Of a stretch of 43,636 nt of DNA, positions 22,631 to 34,000 are shown piece by piece; positions within the stretch are counted from its first letter, which is position 1; the number at the start of each line of letters is the position of its first letter. Under the pieces are notes generated by a model. That model made no database searches. It was not told the origin of the DNA and saw only the letters and a list, made by a program, of their open reading frames with translations. Source of the stretch: Catajapyx aquilonaris (lineage: Eukaryota); the NCBI GenBank assembly GCA_000934665.2, contig JYFJ02003328.1:1-43636 (forward strand), given 5' to 3'. The translations under genes and the position numbers were made by a program.

Positions 22631-25058
22631 AGTCGGCTCCTCTCCTCCCTGGTCTACCTAATAATTACTCTACCTTCAGGGCCGATGCGGTGCATTTTTG
22701 CAGCTAAAATGCGGCACATGTTAATCGCAATGGGAATCACACACGTACAATATGTAACGAGCCTCACCTTTTAATCGTGTAGTCGCTAAACGAGCCATGG
22801 TTGGTTCCGTCTCAGCACCGCACATCCATCTTTCTGCCTGAATTAAATTAGATTAAATTAATTAAAAATTAAATTAGGTAATCTGAATGAAATTAAACTA
22901 ATAGGAAACTATCCCTTAACTTAAGTGACCCTCTCAATAGGTTTCATACCTTTTCTATAACTATTTACAGCTAATCTATACCTTCCATACTTCCCGCCCC
23001 TGCTTGTGGCTCGCCCCTGGGCCAACCCGGGTCCTGCCCCGGGGCCAAAACCCTGTCCAAAAAAAAAATCGAACGTGGAACACTCTTTGGTCGACAACTG
23101 CCAAAGTAGCATAGCGGCTACCGGATCATTGCGTAGTCAGTGTTTGTAAGAAAACCTCTTCTTACGTGTAATTAGGCTCGATAATTAGCTGCGTAATAAG
23201 ATTGTAAAGTACATGCTGATTGTATGACACACAATACTGGTCCTAGAGCTGGTTTTAGTCAATGTAACAGGGTGTAACATCTCTAGTTAGTTAAAAGCTG
23301 CTTAGTGGGAAACTAGCTGCGATTCTGACCCAAGCCAAATGGCGGATGCGGTGTTGCCAAATGTGACGCCGCTGCCAAATTTATTATTCATTAATTTAAA
23401 ATATGATCGTCTAATTATGCTGCAATTACCATCATGGGCACTACTTTTTATAACTAATAATCAGGTCATGTGTTTCATAGTTATCACAAGCACATTTTAT
23501 TTAAAAAATATTAGGCGCCGAATTTGAACCGAAATTTGAACTGATTACCTTAGAAGCAATTATTGCTAATTGCAACCTATTGTAATTGTTGAAACGTACA
23601 GCCAGGTTTTTTTTTAGGTCAAATTCTTATTTTTAACGGTGGGCAGAGCCACAATAACATTCGTTGGCACAATGACGAACCGCATTGTTGGCCGGATTCA
23701 AACCCCAGCACAATAGGGCTCCTTCTGTTTGAATGTTTGTCCTGAATATATATTTTTTTCACACGAGGTGCGGTGGGTGACTCACTGCAGAAGCGACCCT
23801 CCGCAGGCTCTCCATTCTTGTGAGATGCGCGCCAATGGGGGGGGGGGACATCCCTGCCATTTCCAGAAATGGTCATCCACTTTTTTTCTGTCTCCTTCCC
23901 CTGCCTTTATTAACTGTCCCCCTTTTAACCATTGCACTCACGTCTTTTGTCATTTTTCTTCTTCTTCTCTGTTGGGTCCCACTGCTTAGCTAGCTAGCAA
24001 GCCGTTGCCCCTTGCTGGCACTAAATCCCCTCAAAGTGCTGGAAGCTATTAGCTAGGGTCGTGACTGTGCACAAGTGCTCGACTAATTCACACATTCTCG
24101 CTGCCTTATATCACTAGACGCTGCAAAACAAGTCTGGGTGGCCAGGAACGTGCCGGAACGATCCGGGCACCTTCAATTATTATCTGGCACAATTTTTTTT
24201 TTCTTCTTCTTCTTCTGCGCGCGGGATTGTTGTCCATCGTTACAGTATGCCTGGTGTAAGCTCTCTGACCTTAACGACTCCCCATAAAAATTAAAGGCTT
24301 GATTTATGGTGGTGCCCGCAACGTGTCCGATCCAATTCTATCAACACCCTGCCACACATGCTTGCTTGGCACCAATAATAATCGCCAGGCCCACCCAATT
24401 AGAAGACTGGCGAAAATCTGCACGCACCACACACCTCATCACATCGACAGCAACCAAAAAAGTTACGATGGAGCTGCACATTATGGCCATCAAGTTGTCT
24501 GAATTTCACATTCTTAGGAAGAAATATTTTAAGCAGAAAATGTCCAGTGCTAATTCGGTCACTTTTTTTTTATGACCACGACACAGCATTCGGAGGTCAT
24601 GAACCAACCAGTGTTTGAATCCGATCTGGCGGCCGGATTAAACCAAACAAGAACCAAACTACAAACGACTTGTTTATATCGTAAAACAACAAGAGATTGA
24701 TAAGAGGATTGGAGGCTTTGGGGGTCACCACCAACCACCCTTAGTAATTTTTTTTTTTTGGAAGGTTTTAAAAGAGTGGGGCCTCCGATTGGTGGTTGGG
24801 TCACGTGGGTGGGGGTGATGTGTGTTGATTCTGTCTAGTTCTCTCTCCCTTCCCCACTGTGTTAGAAACCCTCAGTTTAGTAGTGTGGGTCCAGCAGACC
24901 AGAGAGGAACTTGGGTGGTAGCAAAAAGGCAGGCAGGCATTACATCAATTGCAGGTAAATAATTCCCCGCCAGAAAAAAATCTGCTTACAAAATAACATG
25001 GGTTGCTAGAATGAACAAAAGGGCGCGTTTGAATTTGAATTTTTTGAAATATTTTCAG

Positions 25059-28000
25059 ATGGCCGGAATTATATTGGTCGCCACTTTTATCATCATCGTC
25101 AGATGTTGCGACTCGTCGCCAGGTAGGAAAATATGCCTTCAAAATACACGCCGACAGAACGGTAATTTTTGTAAGACAAAACGACACTTATCGACCCGAA
25201 ATTTCTAATGATACGTCCCTTTTTTAAAGATATGTGGGGCAAAAGTGGGTAAATAAATGCCTAGATACGTTTTTATCTTGCATGTTTTATGAACTTGATG
25301 TTCTCCCCTTTTTTACATACAAAGTGAGCAACTTTTTGAGTAAACTGTATATAAGCCCAGACTTGCCCATTTTTATGGACCAGGTTTTTCACGCCTCTGA
25401 TACATTTCCACGCAACTTTTATGGGCCCTACCCCCCTCCTCACCTCACCACATCTTCCCTAAAAAATTCTGGACGAGTGGGTGCTTTTGGGGTCCCCAGC
25501 AGGAGGGTTCTTCGGGGTGTGTGAGACAAACCATCGGTGTGCATGATGGGCATGGTGGATGATATTCGAGACTTGGAGCCTGGCCACATGTTTCGGCTGT
25601 CTGAAGATATCACCTGTCCTTATACACTATGGCCTGTCCAACCGTGACATCTTGCAGCCTAATAAAACGTGGCAAGGAGTTACAACCAATCCTCTTTGTT
25701 TTTATTTTTATTACACGCCTTATATTATAGCTTCACCGCCACGGGTGTGTGTGAGTACGCGTGCAGCGAGTTCGCAACTTCCACACCATCTAATAGCGGA
25801 AGATATAGTCACGTTAGGGGGGCGAGTGCGCAACTTCCACACCATCTAGCGGTAGTAGTCACGTTAGGGGGGCGAGTGCGCGACTTCCACACCATCTAGC
25901 GGTAGTAGTCACGTTAGGCGGGGCGAGTTCGCAACTTCCACACCATCTAGCGGTAGTAGTCACGTTAGGGGGCGAGTTCGCGACTTCCACACCATCNGTG
26001 AGGGGGCGAGTTCGCGACTTCCACGCCATCTAGTAGTAGGTAGTCACGTTAGGGGGCGAGTTCGCAACTTCCACACCATCTAGCGGTAGTAGTCACGTTA
26101 GGGGGCGAGTTCGCGACTTCCACACCATCTAGCGGGAAGTAGTCACGTGAATGGGTGAGTTCGCAACTTCCAGTAACAGGCTCTCAGAATCGAGTTCTTT
26201 ACCTCATAAAGCCATTATTAGAGATTTTTTGGGAAGATTTTCCTCCCCTATTGGGTGTTTGTACAGTACAAAACAACCTGTGAGTATATAGGCTTAGTAA
26301 ATGACCGAATCGAGTGAGTAAATGGCGGCAATTACAATTAACACACCTGGCGCGAATTAGCCTTTTAATGGAAAGGGTTGTCGCCTTGTGGCGAAAAAAC
26401 CTGTGCGAAAAAGACTCAATCAGCAGCCTGCGCATTCCTGCATCTAATTAGGACCCCGCAGGATTTGGCCAAATTCAATGGTGGAGAGAGAATTGAGGGA
26501 CCACTCCCCTCTCACTCTCTTGTGTCCACATTCCAGGTGTGGGCCGCTCAAGGTAGCACCAATCAATCACTTTCTTGTTTGTTTTTTTTCTTCGATTTTT
26601 CCCGAAACTTATAGATAAATTTCGTGTGGAATCAATAGGGCCGATTGCTGCCTTAATTAGAAGGCTAGCCGGATAAGAAGAAGGAAAAAATGGCAGTAAA
26701 TCCTCGCGTTAAATGGCTTTTTTTGATTCTTATCGGGATTAGGCGGTGTAGGGATGGCAACACCGCTTCAAAAGGCTGGCTACCGGTTCTTTTTCGCATT
26801 AAAAACAGCCATTAAATTTATAAACATAAAACATACCCGTTATTCTCCCCATCCGGAGTATCAAGCAGCTTCATATACAGTAGTCGAAGGCTGATCATTT
26901 GAGAGTTTTACACCTGTAGTTCGATCCCCATGGGTTTTCTTGGGTTTCCAATACACTCGTTAAAAATCTGACAGGATTTGGAGCAGTGAGCCACCTTGTA
27001 CATTTTCACAAGATGACAAGTGGTGGGTTTTTCGTCCTTCTACGAAAGTTATTGCTCTCATTAGTTAACAACAACATGTAGTCGAGGAAATCCATAAATT
27101 AACGAAAGAACAGCATCAAAATGTGAGCCGAATTGACAATTACTCGTCTTTCTCCTAATAAGCTTATTCTCTCCGTCCGGATGTTTGTCCGACCTGATAA
27201 TACCGCTATATCTCGCACGACCTGAGAGTGGCAGTTTCTCCTAATCCGTCGGCTGTTTGTCCGACCTAATAGTGTCTCTATCGACCTGACGGTGGCGGGA
27301 GTGTGCGGAGGGAGTCTGCGCCATCTATCCGGGAAGAATAGAACTGGTTGGTAAATCGGCGGGCAATTTCACTAAATTGTTTAATTGTCACGTTCATACA
27401 ACGGGTTCACTATACCGGAGCGTTTAGGTTTTCACATAGTAGTTTTGATACGGATGTGACCAATATTGTGAAACACACCGTGACTGTTTCCCCTGGAGTA
27501 AATTGGTGAATTGTCGGCATGAGGTGGAAAGAAAGCTGTAAAAAAGCGCGTGTGTGTGAATCCACGCATTAGCTCCGATGATAAATGGGTCTGGTGGCGG
27601 CCCACTCATCCCCAAGGCTCAAGAAGTTCTCTCTGCTGCTACACATAACCTATTAAGATATTTTCCAAGCCCTTCCAGCATCACACACGCATTCCCTTTC
27701 GTCCGACGAGGCACCCCCCCCTTTTCCTCCTTATATATTTACACACACTTTGCGGTCTCAGGGGGCAAAAGACTAATGTATTCCTGGCACGCATATCTCC
27801 CTTCGACGTCACGGGTTGCTCCAAACCCATCCATGATCATCCCGTGGGTGAATATGTGACCCCTAGGGTACCCACCACACTTCTTCAATGTCGAGATCCT
27901 TCAGGGTCAGATAGATCCCTATATGGATTCTCCCTGGATATGAATAAAAGGGGTTCGCCGGCCCCTTTTTCTTGAATTACCATAAGGCGCTAATAAGGGG

Positions 28001-31000
28001 TCAATCATCCGGTGATTAAACTGGAGCCGGTCCAGACTAGTTTTGTACATAAAATATTTAAAAATCTCGAAAATTATGGGGAAATATATTTTCCATAAAC
28101 TGTTCATTTTTTTTTTTTACATCCACGATTAATTTTTAATGAACTTCGCTTTGTTTTTGTTTTAAATGTTCAGAATGTTATTATTAAAGGAAAGGAGCGT
28201 CGAACTCATGTTATTAAAAATCATAAAAGAAGGAAAAAAAACATGGGTTTTATTTACATAGGTCGGTGCTCTTTTGACTCACAAAAAAAAAATCAAAGAA
28301 AATGAACATATTCCTGCTTCTAAGACATTCCTGAGAGTCAAAAGTGAATTCATGGACCAAAAAAATCATACTTTTGCAGAGGTGATTAGGTCATAAACCT
28401 AAAATGTATTGAGTACTTTGATTTTTTTTTTTAAATTAATCCAACCAATTAAAAATAAAACTTTAGTGAGAAATTTCCAGATTCATTTGAAATCAATCTG
28501 GATTGATTCCCAGTTTTACATCCCCATTCTAAAACGTGTGGGCTGAACACACACGCTTCAAAACATATTTTTCCCCTCCCCCTCCTAACAAAACGACCAA
28601 CTAACAATAATTAACCCTGAAAAAGGAGGAAACCCTCGCTCATTTAACTGCCCTTCCGACTGTTCGCGGCGTCTCTTCGGATTAGTTGGCCTCTCACAAC
28701 ACGACGAGGTCTCTCTCTCTCTCATATTTTTTCCCCCTTCCCCCCCCCCCCCACCCATCCACAACTTCCTTTTTCCTCTTTCTTTACCCCACCCACCCAA
28801 CCGCCCTTTTTTCCTTAAGCCCAACAACACACCTCCCACACACTCAACACACATACACACGTCAATGGCCCTCACTGCTCTTCATTCAAGACTTTACAGC
28901 CCCACAAAAAATATGTAAGGCAAGTTTGCTACACTCATTAATTTGGTACACACCACAAACTGATCTGGATCACAATTGATCACTGATGCCCGCCTATTTT
29001 TAATTATGATTTCAAGTGCGTCTTAACATGACTAAAAAAAATCAGGGTGTTGGCAACACACAAAAAAAGAGCCACTCCTGTAATCTGGTAGAAGCACTAT
29101 AAATAATACCATGGTTAGTTTGAGGGGGGGCCAACCTGGTGATTACTACACTCTAATTGCAGACCAGGCCCCCCCAAAAAATAATCTCAGGACCACTCCT
29201 CTGTTATTGTTGATGGTTATGATGCGAGGGGATAATAATTGAGTGTGCGGTTAGTGTGTGTTCACGATCTAGTTTGTTTCATGCGCATTTTTCCTGCTCA
29301 AAACTTGGAAAAAAAATTCACGCCATCACACGACACGCTAGTCACGGATATCACGATCACAATCATGGCAGGTTACACCGGATGTCAAAATTTAAGGAAA
29401 AAATATGTAATCAATAATTTTTGCACATGACGTCAGCAAGTATTTGGCACAATCCCATTTATCATGTCACCTGTCTGAATCAACACTCCAGGTAGCTAAA
29501 CACTCGTCAGGAACAGCAATGGCAACAATGGTCCTTCCATAGGTGCTGAATAGGGAAGCCCTTGGAGAGATGAGCTGTCATTGGTGCTCATTCACTCATG
29601 ATTACACACACTGAGAGTTGAATGGGCGTGAACGCAATTAGAATCCAGTCACGCGAAGTAATTGCCGACAGTTTGAAAAGGACATGAAAAATATGGCCCA
29701 CCTCGCAAGGTCCGTACAGATCAGGTCCGCTACCCGTGTTGAATCAGACGCTTCTGTTGGGTCGGCATACCACCCACTCCGTCACCCTTTTTTTCGTCCA
29801 ATCAAAAGACACTTATCGCTAACAATCACATCGTAAAAAAAATAAAAGTAAAGGGGCATTCACAAGACTGGTTTCAATTATTCATGATGTATGGGAGCCA
29901 CCTGTGTGATTTAGGTAGGCCTACAAAGAAAAATCTACGACTTACGCAGAGCGTTCCTCGAATTTTACGTAAGTCGGACTCTACGTAAGTCGAATTTTAC
30001 GTAAGTCGAATTTTACGTAAGTCGAATTTTACGTAAGTCAGACTCTAGGTAGCCTAAGTCGAATTTTACGTACCGTATGTCAGACTCTACGTAAGTCGAA
30101 TTTTACGTAAGTCAGATTTTACGTAAGTCGAATTTTACGTAAGTCGGACTCTACGTATGTCGAATTTTACGTAAGTCAGACTCTAGGTAGCCTAAGTCGA
30201 ATTTTACGTAAGTCAGATTTTACGTAAGTCGGACTCTACGTAAGTCGAATTTTACGTAAGTCTGACTCTAGGTAGCCTAAGTCGAATTTTACGTACCGTA
30301 TGTCAGACTCTACGTAAGTCGAATTTTACGTAAATCGGAACCATGTTGTGTTATGCAATATTCGCCGGGCAAAATATTTTCTGGGGGGTGAAAGTAGAAG
30401 AACGTCTTTCTAGATGAGAACTAACGGGCTAAAAATCACGAGCTGTATAATTTTTGACTCACGGCGGCTCAATCAAAGTATCGACATGTCAATCACGTAT
30501 CACCAATACAAAAAATAAAAAAATAAAAAAAAAATCGACATGGCCCACCCTTGAGAGTCTCAAAAGTCACCCACGCCTTCGAACCGGTTCCATTTTCAGT
30601 CGACTATAAATAAAAAAAAATCTTCCAAATGGTATATAATAAAGGCGTCCTGATGACCGGCCAATCAATCGGTAATCGATTATGAAGACGCTGCAATTGG
30701 TGAAAGGGGGAAGTCTAGTCACCCAGTTTCCTTTTTTGGCACGTGACACCCTAATTCACATGCTTCGAGCTGTCAATCACTTCCACGCCATTAAAAAAAA
30801 GGGGGGGTTAAAATTTTGAGTCAGCTAACGGAACTTGCATGGAAATTAGTCAAAATAATAGGGCTAATTTGGACTGATTTTAATTGACCGATTAACGTTA
30901 GATCGCATCGACTTTAAGAGCGGCTCTAAATATTTTTTTAAAAAAACTAGCGCACCCACACTCGCGCAGCTCCATTGTTCAGACAACATTGCCACTGCGG

Positions 31001-34000
31001 TTCGTCGTAAATGTCGGCCATTTTTGTTCTCCCCCATACCTAGCGTTGGAAATAAGTGAGATAATTCCAACCGTTGCTAGCTGCGCGATCTGTGGTGCGC
31101 ACTCGGTTGCGCTCGTAATAAAAATGCGTCTGTACATCTGGCAACTGGTGTGAATCCCTAGTGAACGCCATTCATTCCGTTGTAACTTTGACTGACGCCT
31201 TTTCCTTCCTCCTCCTCCTCCTCATCTTCTTCTTCCTGCACAGCCTCCCTGATGGTCCATTTCGCCGCCGCCCATAAAAAAGCATGTTGTTTGAAATGAA
31301 AGCGTCAGTAAAAAAGCATTGGAGGGACGTCAATCCTGCTGAAGTCCGAGACTGGCTCCATCCAAATTGCGTGCATATAAAGCTCGTTACGCGTGTATTT
31401 TTATCTGTCTTTTCGGCGGCGGCGGCGTCTATCACACTGATGCTTTGGTATAGACAACCCCCAGCTGAGTCACCCTTTTTTCGGCGAGGTCCAATCAAGA
31501 CCAATTCACATATGGGATGGCCATAAACCACACGCGCGTTATGTATGTACACGGGAATTACCTCCAAACTTTTGCTGAAGACACTGGACTTGTGCCATCG
31601 GAATGTCAATGTGTTTTAACTGTCGGCAAAAGGGGCGTCCGCGGAATGGAAGGGTTTGAGGCTCATTGAACACCACTCATGTTTATGTAAACAACCCAGC
31701 GGGAGGACCCCGGCAGAAGAGAAATGGGGTGTCCTCCTCCTGGATGAAGTGTAAAAGTCAAACACCGAAACACCACCGCACGTGCTGCTTACACTTTAAT
31801 GAGACGGCATCATTAACAGACCAACGAAGACTTATACAGGGTTCCGACACGTGCTGTACCAAAGCCTGACATGAGTGACGCCCGATCGCCACAGGCACCT
31901 GGTTCGTGTCATCGCCTCCAATCGTCCAATTTGAACCCAGGTTGACCTCCAGTCAGTCGCCTCCTAAATCACTCATTGGCCTAATCAAAGAGCGTCTACT
32001 ATATACGCATGAGGTGTCAATGCAAGAGTTGTCGACAGCAGCCTCTTGACGTCTCCTTCCACAGATCCCTGCCTGCCTGGAGGTCATCGGGTACTGGATG
32101 ACCTCAGGAGAAGCCCGCACTTCCGGCCAAGGAGTCCTGCTGACCTCCTGTGCGACCGGAAGCTGGAGCCGGGTTGGTACAGGTTCCTGATGGACGGAAA
32201 ACCAGCGGAGATGCCTCGAAGCTGCGCGGCTGTCAACTACTGCGGCACCCAAGCACCGGTGTGGTTGTCGAGCCCGGGGCCGCCCGTGGGCCAGGAGACG
32301 GAAGGGCGTGGGTGCGTGTCGTGGGCCCCCGGGGGTGAGGTGCGGTGCTGCGCCTTCACCATCCAGATAAGACTCAGGGGCTGCCCCGGGTTCCTGCTCT
32401 ACTACCTCACACCACCCGCGGGCTGCCCGGTGGCCTACTGCGCACAGCCCACAGGTAAATTAAATCTGATTAGCCACGGGTCAACGGGGGACTAATTAAA
32501 TTTAGCCATAATTGGGCCGAAGACCACGCCCATTTCTAATCAGTCGTCAGGACTTTCAGACTCTTCTCACAGTGTGCCAATAGTTTCAGCACTCTCAGTA
32601 GTCCGGAAGTGTATCCTGGACATACAGACAAACTTTCTGTTTTGTATATGTAGCGGGTGATTATTTTAATTATTGTTAAACTTTGGCCGGAGCGAAATCG
32701 TCACGGGGGCCAATATGCCGGGGGCTAAAAGTCTGGGGCGAAACGGCGGGGGCGAAAAGTCCGAGACTCTTCGGGAACTGTTCACGAAGTACGCTCACAG
32801 ATGGCGTAACCTCCCTCTCTGCACAGTGCTGCCACTCCCGAAGAGTTTCGGACTTTTCGCCCCCGCCGTTTCGCCCCCGGCATATTGGCCCCCGTGACGA
32901 TTTCGCCCCGGCCAAAGTTCAATAATAATTAAAATAATAACCCGCTACGTATATCATAAATCAGAAAGTTTGTCTGTATGTCCAGGATACACTTCCGGAC
33001 TACTGAGAGTGCTGAAACTATCGCTCACAGATGGCGTAGCCTCCCTCTCTGCACAGTGCTGCCACTCCATGGGGGAGGTGGTGGTACTACATGGACAAAC
33101 AAACACACAGACAATTCTGTTGTTTGTTTTTTTCCTCCAGATGAGAAGGCCCTGTTCGCTGGTCGACCCACGATCCGTCCGATGGTCAACGCGGGGTCAC
33201 TCTTCCTCAACTGCTCCTTCAGGCTTCACCACCATCAAAGTGACCTGATACAGTTCCAGGTGACCTGGTATAAGCTGGCCAAGGAAGGGGCGACCAGGGT
33301 GGCCACCCATCTGCTGAGGTCATCCCAGCCCAACTTTGACCTCCTGCCCAGAGGAGGCAACCTTCAGATGGGCCAGCAGGTGTGTGTGTATAGTGCGTGT
33401 GTGGGCTTCCCAACACAACATACGAGAGAGATGGCCATCAGCAACATCACGCACGTGGTTTTTATCATCTTCAATGTCCTGTGATGGGGGTCGCCACCCA
33501 GGGGCTGCCAAAAAATCTTGATTGGAAATAATTTGCATCGCGGGTATCAGAGAGAGGCAAGCTCACGAGCAGATTTTGTGACCCGCCCACCATCGCAGGG
33601 GTCACTCGTCAGCAAGGGTGGTCGTGACCCACATCATCACGGACAATCATTTGCAACCTTTCCCTAACGTAGATGACTCACCGCGGACAGAGGCACAGAA
33701 AGAATACTAAAAATTTGGCACAACTGTTACTTACTTCGCTCATAGATGGCGCAGCCTCCCTCTCCGAACAGTGCTGCCACTCATGGCGGTGCGGGAGAAA
33801 GCTGAACTATCAGCTCGGACAAACATCTTAATTACTTGATAATTTGTTTCAGATGATGTGCGAAGTGGAGGCGCTGCATGGACGCCATCCGTCTGTGACC
33901 TCTCTGCCCTTCATGGCTGGGGTGACCGTGACCCCGACCGAGGTCAGCCTGACCGAAGGAGGTCCTTCGACTAAGCTGACCTTCAGAGCTACTCTCCCGC

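Noticed and set aside
23680..23712. B-box-like GGTTTGAATCC on the minus strand
   Set aside because: No cloverleaf can be built around it.
25767..26172. CRISPR-like array
   Set aside because: Eukaryotic context, and the units are contiguous near-identical repeats with no unique spacers.
26880..26935. Additional tRNA-like element on the plus strand (gttcgatcccc)
   Set aside because: Only a B-box-like word, with no convincing T stem, acceptor stem or D arm.
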